DNA of 64,000 nucleotides, taken from a virus. The stretch spans positions 29,937 to 93,936 of the IMG/VR virus record IMGVR_UViG_3300049846_002551, one strand, 5' to 3'. Made by a program: the position numbers and the translations under genes. The notes below the pieces were generated by a model that did no database searches, was not told where the DNA came from, and was given only the letters and a program-made list of their open reading frames with translations. Numbering within the stretch: position 1 is the first letter of the stretch; each line of letters opens with the position of its first letter. Of the stretch, positions 29,816 to 39,553 are shown one piece after another.

Positions 29816-31851
29816 TTCTAGAAAAAGAGTTAACAGGATTACCAGACGGGTGTCATTTAAACCCAATGCAGGAACTATTAGTTCCGCATATTAATGAGCA
29901 TTACAATATTGTTGTTGCGGCTCCTACTGCTTCGGGGAAAAGCCAAGCGATTACTATGTTTGGTTATAAGCACTTACGCAATAAGAAAAGGGTTTTGTAT
30001 ATTGGTATCATGAGAGCTTTAGCACAAGAGAAGTTTGACGATTGGCAATTACCAACTCACCCTTGGAGTAAGTATGCTAAGACTGTAATCAGCGGTGACT
30101 ACCGCATGGACACGGATAAACAAAAAGAAATTGATGCGGCTGAGATTATTTGTATTACCCCGGAATCTTTGGCGTCGCGTTTAAGGCATCCTCATTCACC
30201 ACGGAATCAATGGTTACATGAAGTCGGTATTTTGATTGTCGATGAATGCCATTTGCTTTCTGCGGATGATCGTGGAACCAACATGGAAGCCGCATTGATT
30301 GAGTTCACATATGAATTTCCGGACGTACAATTAATCGGGTTGTCTGCGACTCTTCCTAACGTTGATGAAATTGGTCACTGGTTTACAATTCTTAATAACA
30401 AGGAAACCTATGTTATTGAGAGCGAATATCGTCCTGTTGTTTTGGAGAAGCATTTTATGTCTTTCTCGAACACGGTTCGTGAAGCGATGGAAGAAGAGAA
30501 ATTAGCTATGATTGATCAGTTAGTTTGCGACGAGAAACCTGATCAGCAGTTTTTGATTTGTGTATGGCAGAAAACATGGGGAAAGAAGATTGAAGAGTAT
30601 CTTTCGAACAAAAAAGTGCCTGTAGCATTTCACAATGCGAATTACGATAAAGGTACGCGCAAAAACATTGAGCAATCTTTTAAAGACGGTAGAATTCGAG
30701 TACTGATTAGTACGTCTACTTTGTTTACAGGGGTTAATCTTCCTGCCAGGAACGTAATTATTACCGCAGTTGATATTGCACGAATGGATATTCCAGTTTA
30801 CGAGTTGCAACAGGCGATGGGAAGAGCAGGTCGCCCAAAATACGATACTGAAGGCGACGTTTACATTATGGTTCCTAGTCAACGCTTTAGCTATCATCAG
30901 CGGCGTATTTTGACAGGAGAACCTGTGCGTTCTGTATTGCACAAAGAAGAATGGTTGGCGATGCATTTTTTAGGTGCTCAATATCTTGGACGCATTGATA
31001 ATTTTGAAGGGTTTAATTTATGGTTTAACCGCACGTTAACACAATATCAAAACAATTTCCCGAAAGAAGTGAAAGAAAGCATGCTTTCCAATATTTTGGA
31101 TGATATGCGTATGCGTCGTATGATTATGTATGACGATTACACGAAGCATTTTCGTTTGGCACATAGAGGAAAAATTGCGGCGCAGATGTATATGGACCCC
31201 TATCACTTTAGTGATGCGCTGATCAATCTTTCGAAGTATTTTTCGCTTGTGAACCCGAACGATATGGATTTAGCTGTAGCGTTGGGTTCATGTCGAAAGT
31301 TTTCTGAGAACTCTATTTCGAATCGAGAAAAGTTGGCGATTCCAGATGAGGTTTTATTGCGGCAGGATGTTCTGAAAGCGTATATTAAGTCGATCAGCGT
31401 TATTTGGTATAGAATTAACGGAAAGCCTGTTCCGGAGCTTTTGTCAAATGTTAATTTTAAAATTTTTGATGATTTTCCGCGCTTGCATGCGGCAGTGGCA
31501 AGAGCAAATAACGAAGTTGAGCGTTGGAAGAGTATTACTCCGGAGAAACTTGATATTCTTTTTATGCGAGTTATTTTGAAATGTTCGGAAGAGCAAGCGG
31601 AGTTAGGGCTTAAAAAATTTACGAGCAACGAGCGCAAAAAGCTGTTAGCAGTTGGAATTTACTCGGTACGTGATGCAATGAATAATTTGGGTATGGTTCT
31701 AAAAGTTATTCCGCATATTCGATGTATAGAATTAGGGTTGATTAAAGCTGGAGCTAAACCGCCAACCGTGAATTCGGATGGTGTTGTAGAATACGCGGAA
31801 GTTTCCTCTAATCGTGGATTTGTTGGAAAGCGGGGTTTTGGAAAGCGATGA
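29812..31851 (+). CDS. Ski2/Hel308-like SF2 helicase
   Basis: APTASGKS, RALAQEK, TPE, DECH, LSATLPN, YRPVVL, FHNA, STSTL..GVNLPA, MGRAGRPKYD. Confidence 0.85.
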   Translation: MILEKELTGLPDGCHLNPMQELLVPHINEHYNIVVAAPTASGKSQAITMFGYKHLRNKKRVLYIGIMRALAQEKFDDWQLPTHPWSKYAKTVISGDYRMDTDKQKEIDAAEIICITPESLASRLRHPHSPRNQWLHEVGILIVDECHLLSADDRGTNMEAALIEFTYEFPDVQLIGLSATLPNVDEIGHWFTILNNKETYVIESEYRPVVLEKHFMSFSNTVREAMEEEKLAMIDQLVCDEKPDQQFLICVWQKTWGKKIEEYLSNKKVPVAFHNANYDKGTRKNIEQSFKDGRIRVLISTSTLFTGVNLPARNVIITAVDIARMDIPVYELQQAMGRAGRPKYDTEGDVYIMVPSQRFSYHQRRILTGEPVRSVLHKEEWLAMHFLGAQYLGRIDNFEGFNLWFNRTLTQYQNNFPKEVKESMLSNILDDMRMRRMIMYDDYTKHFRLAHRGKIAAQMYMDPYHFSDALINLSKYFSLVNPNDMDLAVALGSCRKFSENSISNREKLAIPDEVLLRQDVLKAYIKSISVIWYRINGKPVPELLSNVNFKIFDDFPRLHAAVARANNEVERWKSITPEKLDILFMRVILKCSEEQAELGLKKFTSNERKKLLAVGIYSVRDAMNNLGMVLKVIPHIRCIELGLIKAGAKPPTVNSDGVVEYAEVSSNRGFVGKRGFGKR

Positions 31852-32552
31852 GTCGTAAAAAGAATATGGACACCACAGAGACAGGTGGACTGCGAAGTAA
31901 GCGAACGACTGAAAGCTGGAGCGACATTTCTAATGCGCCATTACAGGCGGGAGATTTACTGAAAATTTTCAATGAGGCGACTGAAGTTAAGCGCACGTTT
32001 CAGATTCATTCAGTTGTGTCGAATGAAGATGGTACTTCTCGTCGCATTAATGCAACGGTAATTGACACTACGGATCATAACGAGCAGATTGGTTCTGTGG
32101 TGGATTTTGATTTGCCAAGAGCGCAACCTATTCTTGGAAGTCTGATTAAGACGGACGAGAAATTTGAACGTCTGGATATTGTTCAGGTTAATGACCTTAT
32201 GGCTGTTGAACTTTATAAATGGCTTATGTCGCGTAGTACTTCGAATTTTGGTGCTCCTTTCAAAGCTTGTGTCCAGTTTTTGGTTACTGGTGGATTTCTT
32301 TCGGCAGATATCGATTACAAAGTAGCCCAAAATCGATTAAGAGCGATGATTAAACAACGTGGGGAATTGTTCCATTCTGGTGGAGGTCGAATTTTCGGAA
32401 CAGGAATTGATTTGCAGTCAAGCACTAAGCAGGGTATGAAGTTGGGGCAAGGGATTGTTATGGTAAAACGAGTCAAGTTGTCCAAATTATTTATGGGATT
32501 TCGTTTAATGATTGAATCCGGTTTATTTGGAGATTTCATTATAGAGGAATAG
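31848..32552 (+). CDS. Hypothetical protein
   Basis: 234-aa coupled ORF. Confidence 0.6.
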   Translation: MSRKKNMDTTETGGLRSKRTTESWSDISNAPLQAGDLLKIFNEATEVKRTFQIHSVVSNEDGTSRRINATVIDTTDHNEQIGSVVDFDLPRAQPILGSLIKTDEKFERLDIVQVNDLMAVELYKWLMSRSTSNFGAPFKACVQFLVTGGFLSADIDYKVAQNRLRAMIKQRGELFHSGGGRIFGTGIDLQSSTKQGMKLGQGIVMVKRVKLSKLFMGFRLMIESGLFGDFIIEE

Positions 32553-35500
32553 ATGGTAAAACCGAGAGGAAAGTTAGATGCGCCTATTGTGATTGTAGGG
32601 GATGCACCTACAGATAGGGAAATGGAAGAAGGTCTTTCGTTTTCAGGACATTCGTATGACTTAATGTATGACTTACTAGGTCAAGCGGGGTTTGACATTG
32701 AAGATTGCGTGTTTGTGAATGCTGTCACTTTTCAAAAGTACACAAAGCGTGGTGCGCTTACTGAAAAAGAGATTCTTCCAGATGCGAAGAAGTATTTAAT
32801 CCCATTTATAGCTCAGTATCCACGGAAGATGGTTATTGCGATGGGCAACAACGCTCTTTGTGCCACAGGGGTTTCTAAAAAGCCACAAAAGGTTAATTCT
32901 TTTCGCTCAAAGGTTTCAGTATCCGAATTACTGGAGAAGCACGGCTGTACAGCGTTTATAACCGCTACATTGCATCCTTGGCTAGTGCTGAAGGAGCCGG
33001 ATTTAGATAAAGATTTAGTGACCGACCTAAGCTATGCGCGGAGAATCTACTTAGGGGAGCATTCAGAACAGGTTGGGATGGAGATTCGGGATATTGATAA
33101 GCCGCAGGATGTGAAGCACTTATGGAATGCGATTAGTAAGAATTCATCGTTAGCTTACGATTTTGAAACCTCTTCATTAGATCGTGATAATGCATTAGTT
33201 GTTACGTCGTCTTTTTGTAACGGGCTTAAAAATTCAAATGGAGAATACATCGTTTGGTTCTGGGGTGGATACGATAAATTGCAACCACGTTACCCCGATA
33301 CGCTTTTAAAGCAATTTGTTCGTGAATTCGATAGCCTTTTTATGGAGGCTGGAAATCTTTATGATTTGATTGCTTGGAACATGGCATATGACGATTGGGT
33401 TGCGGAACGTTGGGTTGGGCATGAACTTCCTGGTTCACAATTCGATGGCATGATCATGAAGTGGAGTGTTGATAATCGCAGACCACATGATTTAAAATCA
33501 TCTACAGCACGGTTTCTTGGTTACCCTAACTACGATAAAGCTGTCGATGAGTCTGTAAAAGCTATTGCCGCAAGACGTAATAAAATTCTAACGTCTACTG
33601 ATGATTTGTTTGTGCTGGAATATTTCGGGTACACACCGGAGAAAGCAAAAACTGGATACCGTTGGCCTAAAAAACTAGATAAAAAGCTAGCGGCATACGC
33701 AATGCAAGAGTTTGAAGAGTTGCGTTTGTACAATTGTTACGATGCCGTCTACACTTATTTGCTTTTTGAAAAATTAGGTGATCGTATTAATCGTGCGAAC
33801 TTAGGGTTTTCATGCGATTTTAGGCATCGAGTTGCGCGAGAGTTCTATAGAGCAGAGCAACGTGGCATGCTTTGTGACGTAAAGTTAAATCGTGAGTTTA
33901 GCAAGACTTTAGCAGATTTGGAAAAGAAATGTAAGATTGAAATTTCGAATCAAGTTGCGAGTATGGGTTTCGATTTACCAGATTTCAACTATCTTTCGGG
34001 GGACCAATTAGGGGAAATTTTGTATGGTAAGCCTGTGATGCTTCCTTTTATTGATAGAACACCATTGTATCGCAAACACGTGCGTTCGGAAATTGATCAA
34101 CGTTGCAATGATGTGGAAGCATCTTTATACGGGGACGTGGAGGATGTCGAAGAAGTCAGAAAAGCGGTGGAGGTTGGGCATGGCGTAGATACTGAAAAGT
34201 TGCAGACGATTCTTATACAAACGTATAAACAACGCTACGGGGACGATATCACTACTTATGGTGAACCGTATTACTTGCAAGGGATGTACAAGCCCATTGG
34301 TTACACAAAGACGGGTAAGCCCTCAACTGCTGGAGCGATTTTACAAACGCTATATCATGAATATGAAAATCCGTTTTTAGCTCTTGTGTTGATGGCTCGA
34401 CGTGCAAACAAATTAAAGTCTACGTTTATTGATGGAATTTACGAGAAACTTGATGCGTCTAACGTTCTTCGTCCGAGATACAATGTTATAGGCACCGAGA
34501 CTGGACGTGCAAGTTCAAGCAATCCAAATGGACAAAACTTTACTAAATATGTTCGTGGACAATTGATTGCTCGACCGGGTTATCAGTTCTTGGAGTTTGA
34601 CTTAAGTCAAGCAGAGATTCGTGGAATTGCCGCTGAGTCGGGAGATTTATTGCTTATTGAAGCCCTTGATGCGAGTGACATTCATACACGAATTGCTTCA
34701 ATTGTATTTAAACTTCCAGAGGCTGATGTTAATCCGGATACGCATAGACGATACGCTAAAGCTCAACCTCTAACAGCAAGAATCGCTACTCCATTTGGCT
34801 GGACTACGATGGGAAGGCTTAAAATAGGTGACTATGTGGTTTCCAGTGACGGGAAGCCTTGTAGGGTGACCGACATTTTTCCACAAGGGTTGCGCGAAGT
34901 TTATGAAGTACTTTTTGACGACGGGCAAGTGATTGAGTGTTCTGGGGATCATTTATGGACGGTAATTGACAGGTCAAGTCGCGTTCCCACATGCCGCTTA
35001 ATGGCTACTATCGATATGTTTTCGCATACATCGAAAGGACGAGGCTATCGATTTGCGGTGGAACGAACCAAACCCGTGGAATTTGCTCCTCAAACCGAAC
35101 CTTTGTTTATTAGTCCTTATACGATGGGTGTGTTATTAGGGGACGGTTCAATTCAACATTCCATGTTTACTGTCATTGATCAAGAGATAGTAAGACGTGT
35201 GGAAGAAGATGCTTCGAACTATGGGTGGAAACTAGAGCGTTACAAATACGAGAAACGAATACCTTGTTATCGATTAAAGAATGCGCTTAATTATAAACGG
35301 TCAATTTATGCAGAGTTTAAGCGTATTGACAGTTGTATTCGTTGGATTTCAAATGATAAGTATATTCCACGTCGTTACATGTTAGGGACTGTTGATGAAC
35401 GGTGGGCTTTACTACAAGGGTTAATGGATACGGATGGTACCGCCTCCAAATCATCTAATTTTAGCTATTGCTCAGTAAGTCAGCGGTTAGTTGAAGATGT

Positions 35501-36452
35501 TGCAGAACTGGTGCGGTCTTTAGGGGGCCGTGCGCGTATTCTTAGAAGTGAGAATCGAAATGGGCGTGTTTATTATCGAGTTGCCGTTATGGTGTCGAAA
35601 TGTCCGTTTTATTTAAAAAGAAAAGCTATTCGTTGGCGTCCATCGCGTACTACATGTACGTCTATTCGAGAAATTAATCGAAGTGATCGTTTTGTTGATA
35701 TGCAATGTATTATGGTGGATCACCCATCGCATTTATATTTAACGGAAGGCTATATCCCTACCCACAATACGATTGTGTTTGGAATTATTTATGGAATGTC
35801 TGCGTATTCGTTAGCGTTGGCGTTAAAGGTTACGCAGTCTGACGCTGAAAAATTTATTGAAGATTTCTTTAAAGCTTTTCCTGGTATGAAATCTTGGCTT
35901 GATAACCAAGTAAAGCTAGCGCATGAATCGCCTTACTACGTTTATACTCCGTGGGGGACGCGCAGATCAACGTTGAACGTTTTATCGGTAGACAGGCAAG
36001 TAGTATCACATACTGAGCGAACTGCAATGAATATGCCTATTCAAGGGGGGGCAGGTGAATTATGTTTTTGGGATATTTGTCAAGTTATGGATGAAGTGCG
36101 GCGACAGCAATTGGAAGTGTGGTTTTTGAATAACACGCATGACTCCGGCTTGTTTGAGATTGAAGAGTCGTTAGGATGGTATGAGAACGGTAAGGTTTGT
36201 GGTCCGGTAGCAGAAATTGTGAACTCCGTTATTTCTACGCCACCGCCTGTGTTCCCATTAAATAGGGTGAAATGGAAAGCAGACCTGAGTTTAAGCCGTT
36301 GCTGGTCCGCCACTCCAAACCTGAATAGGGCTCTTGATCCTAAGTTTGGAACAAACGATTCGATATTCAGATGGGATTTGATTCGAACAGATTTGCTAGA
36401 CTATGATGAGCAAGAAGAATTGAATGAAGTCATAGAGGTGATGTCACAATGA
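32553..36452 (+). CDS. polA: Family A DNA polymerase with N-terminal UDG-like domain, 3'-5' exonuclease and intein
   Basis: IVIVGDAP/TLHP (UDG-like); DFET, YNCYDA (exo); TGRASSSNPNGQN, DLSQAEIR, RYAK/TIVFGIIYG, NMPIQG, THDS. Confidence 0.92.
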   Translation: MVKPRGKLDAPIVIVGDAPTDREMEEGLSFSGHSYDLMYDLLGQAGFDIEDCVFVNAVTFQKYTKRGALTEKEILPDAKKYLIPFIAQYPRKMVIAMGNNALCATGVSKKPQKVNSFRSKVSVSELLEKHGCTAFITATLHPWLVLKEPDLDKDLVTDLSYARRIYLGEHSEQVGMEIRDIDKPQDVKHLWNAISKNSSLAYDFETSSLDRDNALVVTSSFCNGLKNSNGEYIVWFWGGYDKLQPRYPDTLLKQFVREFDSLFMEAGNLYDLIAWNMAYDDWVAERWVGHELPGSQFDGMIMKWSVDNRRPHDLKSSTARFLGYPNYDKAVDESVKAIAARRNKILTSTDDLFVLEYFGYTPEKAKTGYRWPKKLDKKLAAYAMQEFEELRLYNCYDAVYTYLLFEKLGDRINRANLGFSCDFRHRVAREFYRAEQRGMLCDVKLNREFSKTLADLEKKCKIEISNQVASMGFDLPDFNYLSGDQLGEILYGKPVMLPFIDRTPLYRKHVRSEIDQRCNDVEASLYGDVEDVEEVRKAVEVGHGVDTEKLQTILIQTYKQRYGDDITTYGEPYYLQGMYKPIGYTKTGKPSTAGAILQTLYHEYENPFLALVLMARRANKLKSTFIDGIYEKLDASNVLRPRYNVIGTETGRASSSNPNGQNFTKYVRGQLIARPGYQFLEFDLSQAEIRGIAAESGDLLLIEALDASDIHTRIASIVFKLPEADVNPDTHRRYAKAQPLTARIATPFGWTTMGRLKIGDYVVSSDGKPCRVTDIFPQGLREVYEVLFDDGQVIECSGDHLWTVIDRSSRVPTCRLMATIDMFSHTSKGRGYRFAVERTKPVEFAPQTEPLFISPYTMGVLLGDGSIQHSMFTVIDQEIVRRVEEDASNYGWKLERYKYEKRIPCYRLKNALNYKRSIYAEFKRIDSCIRWISNDKYIPRRYMLGTVDERWALLQGLMDTDGTASKSSNFSYCSVSQRLVEDVAELVRSLGGRARILRSENRNGRVYYRVAVMVSKCPFYLKRKAIRWRPSRTTCTSIREINRSDRFVDMQCIMVDHPSHLYLTEGYIPTHNTIVFGIIYGMSAYSLALALKVTQSDAEKFIEDFFKAFPGMKSWLDNQVKLAHESPYYVYTPWGTRRSTLNVLSVDRQVVSHTERTAMNMPIQGGAGELCFWDICQVMDEVRRQQLEVWFLNNTHDSGLFEIEESLGWYENGKVCGPVAEIVNSVISTPPPVFPLNRVKWKADLSLSRCWSATPNLNRALDPKFGTNDSIFRWDLIRTDLLDYDEQEELNEVIEVMSQ
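34761..35768 (+). mobile_element. Class 3 (Ala1) intein with LAGLIDADG homing endonuclease in PolA motif B
   Basis: AQPLTARIATPFGW...SGDHLWTV...MGVLLGDG...LLQGLMDTDG...MQCIMVD...PTHN/T; removal restores RYAK-TIVFGIIYG. Confidence 0.9.
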
Positions 36453-36691
36453 TTTATTGGTTGACTTGTATACAAACGATTCTGCTGTTTATTGCTGTTA
36501 TATGGTTGAGACGTGTGATTAAAAAATTAAAATTTTTGACACAGATTGAAGCTGGTATGTTCGTTAACTATCGCGGTGAGAAAAAATACGTGGTTGAGGT
36601 TTCAGGTCGTCGGGCTTTCGTTTGCCAAGGTGCCGGAAACTATAATGGACGATGGGTAAATATATCGGAATTAACAAGGCGGGATAATTAG
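36449..36691 (+). CDS. Small membrane-anchored hypothetical protein
   Basis: Hydrophobic N-terminus, coupled ORF with GAGGTG RBS. Confidence 0.55.
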   Translation: MIYWLTCIQTILLFIAVIWLRRVIKKLKFLTQIEAGMFVNYRGEKKYVVEVSGRRAFVCQGAGNYNGRWVNISELTRRDN

Positions 36692-36695
36692 GTAT

Positions 36696-37403
36696 ATGAA
36701 TGACAGAGAAAAAGCACGTTTAGAGTTTTGGAGTGAGTTCACTTCTAAGATTCGTATAATGCATTTCATTAGCGACATCACGGAGAAGAATCGCACTACA
36801 ACTCAAATCAGGCAACTTCAAGAAGCGCGAGATTACGTTTTGACCAACTTCGATAAGGGTGCTCGAATGATGGGAGAGCATTTGTTTTCAGAAATGCAGA
36901 TTCAACTAGATGAAGAGGCTCCTGGAAAATTTTCGTGGTTGCATGAACTTATCGCAGATGATAATTTGACTTCACCGAAGTTTCCTTCGGTGTTTACCCC
37001 TATTGTGGTACAAGAATTAATCGTCAAAATTTACGGTGCACAAACCACTATCGCTTCGACTCTTGAAGAAATCGAACCAGCCTATCGAAAGTGGTTAGAT
37101 TATGAAAATCGTGTTAAGTTGATTTACAAAGCCGCATGTGGTTTGGACAAAGAGTGGCAGACAGATGCGCTGTTCATGACAGCTTATCCGGAGGACATTT
37201 TTGTATTAATTCGAAGATTAGGCGAGTTTGTTGGGCAGTTTAAATTGCGGTTGGAGCAATTAACAAGAGCGTATGAAGCGTTGAGTCGAATCATCACCGT
37301 CATGGAGATGAATCCAACGTCTATGATGACTCGTAAAGAGGAACAAGAAACCACCGTAAAAAAACACTCGTTTGGCGGATCACGTGGTTTCGGAAAGCGT
37401 TAA
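36696..37403 (+). CDS. Helical hypothetical protein (possible recombination mediator)
   Basis: Coiled-coil C-half, located before SSB-like and RecA genes; function inferred from context only. Confidence 0.5.
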   Translation: MNDREKARLEFWSEFTSKIRIMHFISDITEKNRTTTQIRQLQEARDYVLTNFDKGARMMGEHLFSEMQIQLDEEAPGKFSWLHELIADDNLTSPKFPSVFTPIVVQELIVKIYGAQTTIASTLEEIEPAYRKWLDYENRVKLIYKAACGLDKEWQTDALFMTAYPEDIFVLIRRLGEFVGQFKLRLEQLTRAYEALSRIITVMEMNPTSMMTRKEEQETTVKKHSFGGSRGFGKR

Positions 37404-37474
37404 AAATTTGTGGTAAAACATAAACATAAATGTCATTGTGCGCCATAAGCACCTAGACATAAGGAGTAAATCGA

Positions 37475-38365
37475 ATGAGTACAGGTTATCGTAGACCTAA
37501 AGGCAAGAATGCTTTTGAGCAGTATGCCTCTGCTAGTCGTGAAGCACACCCACTTGAAGTGGATTATCGTAGTCTTAAAATTGGGGATAGCGTTAGACTG
37601 CGCTTTCTTGATTTAACTGAAGATTCAACTGTCGCGTTAGAAGCGCGAGAAGTTAAAATTCTCAATCCACAGAATCAAAGCTTTATGAATATCAAAGTAG
37701 AGATTCCATTGGGCGAGGATGGTAAGCCTCTTCCGGAAGTTAAAGAATTGGTGGACCACAATCAAACACCCGTTTTGGCTGGAAAATCTGTACGCATTTA
37801 CCGATGTCCAGTTTGGGTTTATCACATTGTCAAAGAAAAAGAGATTATTGACGTGGATGGTTTGCGCTATCTTGAATTCACACAAGGATTGCGCGACTCG
37901 TTAGAGGAATTGAGATCATTCCAAAACGGTGTCGGTGAATTCAATGAAGAAACAGGTCGACCTGACTATGATGTGGATTTGCGAATCATTAAAGGTGAAG
38001 GTTCTATCAGTAAGAACTATGTGTTTGATGTCGTTTATCTGGATGCCAAAACAAAAAAGCCTCACGAGAATTTTGGTGTTGAAGCGGAAGAAGTGTTGGA
38101 AGAAGTTATGGGTGAGATTGATAGTGCATGGGATGAGGTGCAAGACGCAATTCATACACGGACTACACTTGATGCGCTTACTAAAAGAGTCGCGCCACCA
38201 AAATCGAACGATAAGCAATCCGTTTCGTCTAGGCCATCGGCTGGACGTAGTTCACGTCACGCAGTTGAAGAGGAAGAGGAGCGAAAAGGTTCATCGGAAG
38301 ATGAAGAGGACCCGCCAAGTGGTGAGCCAACTCGTCCTTCTCGTCGTTACGGACGCCGAAACTAG
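37475..38365 (+). CDS. Putative single-stranded DNA-binding protein
   Basis: GDSVRLRFL...YDVDLRI..G...Y pattern and charged disordered tail like gp32-type SSBs; AAGGAG RBS; next to RecA. Confidence 0.6.
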   Translation: MSTGYRRPKGKNAFEQYASASREAHPLEVDYRSLKIGDSVRLRFLDLTEDSTVALEAREVKILNPQNQSFMNIKVEIPLGEDGKPLPEVKELVDHNQTPVLAGKSVRIYRCPVWVYHIVKEKEIIDVDGLRYLEFTQGLRDSLEELRSFQNGVGEFNEETGRPDYDVDLRIIKGEGSISKNYVFDVVYLDAKTKKPHENFGVEAEEVLEEVMGEIDSAWDEVQDAIHTRTTLDALTKRVAPPKSNDKQSVSSRPSAGRSSRHAVEEEEERKGSSEDEEDPPSGEPTRPSRRYGRRN

Positions 38366-38375
38366 CCTGTTCTTC

Positions 38376-38407
38376 AGTGGGGAAGGTGATGTATCTACTT
38401 CCCCACT
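38376..38407 (+). other. Intergenic stem-loop between SSB-like and recA genes
   Basis: AGTGGGGAAG...CTTCCCCACT 10-bp inverted repeat without immediate U-run. Confidence 0.5.
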
Positions 38408-38419
38408 TACGAGGTTTTT

Positions 38420-39553
38420 ATGCGTACTAATTCAGGAATTTCAAAAGCGTTTGATGCTTTGCAGAAAGCAGGTTTTGATGTTGACAATCGTGCGACAGGT
38501 GAAACTCCTCCTGTTATTCCTTTAGCATTTGATTACTTTAACGAGATGACGGTTTGTGGTGGCATTCCACGTCGACGTTACACTCAAATTTACGGGGAAC
38601 CACACCAAGGAAAAACGCTGTTAGCTATGCATATCGTTGCTATGGCGCAGAAGCAAGAACCAGATAGGCTTTGTGTTTACTTAGATACAGAGAACACGTT
38701 TGACAGAAGCTGGGCGGAAGCAAACGGAGTCGATTTCAATAAACTCTACTTGATTCAAGGGAATACTGCTGAGAAAGTTTTAAAAGATGCAGTTGAAGTT
38801 ATGAAAACCGGGGTGGTCGGTTTAGTTGTGATTGACACTATCGGACAAATGATTGAATCGAAAGGCAAGACTGCATCTTGGGAAGATTCGAAAGAGTTAC
38901 AGAGAAATGATGGTGGCACACGCCAAATTGGTGCTTTTCAAAAACTAGTTACACGTTTTTGTAGAACAGCTTCTGACTACATGATGGAACATAATATTGC
39001 AGTTGTTGGCGTAAATCAAACGTATACTCAAATTGGGGTGTTGTACGGTGATCCGTTAACTACTCCTGGTGGAAAATCGTGGAAATTCAATATCACAATG
39101 GATATTCATGTTCGACGTGTGGATTATCTTCGTGACACAAAGGACAGTCCAATTGTAGGGCTAAAAATGGCTGTGAACATCTTGAAAAACAAATTGGGTG
39201 GTCCCGCCAAAACCGATGACCACACGCATCTCTTATTTTATTTTGGGGAAGATGGAATTGATCGTGCAGTTACATATGGTTTAATTGATCGGGGTATTCG
39301 AGTGGGCTTGATTACGAATGTTCCGGGCAACGCTTGGTATGAATGGAACGAGAAAGGCCAGCGCATTCGGAAATGGCAAGGTAGAGCGCGAGTGATAGGG
39401 GAGTTGCTTTCTGATGCCGAGTTGCGTGATCAACTAAAAAAGTCAGTAGAAGAAAAGGAGAAAAGCAGTAGTGGACGGGCCGATTCTGGAATATCATCAA
39501 CGTCTACTAGAAAGTCCAAAAAGTCTGCGTTATTTGAAGAATCGGAGGATTAG
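38420..39553 (+). CDS. recA: RecA/UvsX recombinase
   Basis: GGIPRRR.TQIYGEPHQGKT, YLDTE, VVIDT, VNQ, TTPGG, KNK. Confidence 0.92.
   Translation: MRTNSGISKAFDALQKAGFDVDNRATGETPPVIPLAFDYFNEMTVCGGIPRRRYTQIYGEPHQGKTLLAMHIVAMAQKQEPDRLCVYLDTENTFDRSWAEANGVDFNKLYLIQGNTAEKVLKDAVEVMKTGVVGLVVIDTIGQMIESKGKTASWEDSKELQRNDGGTRQIGAFQKLVTRFCRTASDYMMEHNIAVVGVNQTYTQIGVLYGDPLTTPGGKSWKFNITMDIHVRRVDYLRDTKDSPIVGLKMAVNILKNKLGGPAKTDDHTHLLFYFGEDGIDRAVTYGLIDRGIRVGLITNVPGNAWYEWNEKGQRIRKWQGRARVIGELLSDAELRDQLKKSVEEKEKSSSGRADSGISSTSTRKSKKSALFEESED

Noticed and set aside
1506-36313. Many 60-150 aa antisense or alternate-frame ORFs inside long genes
   Set aside because: Shadows of well-supported + strand genes.
37929-38525. 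198-aa alternate-frame ORF
   Set aside because: Overlaps the SSB-like gene and recA in another frame; no motifs.
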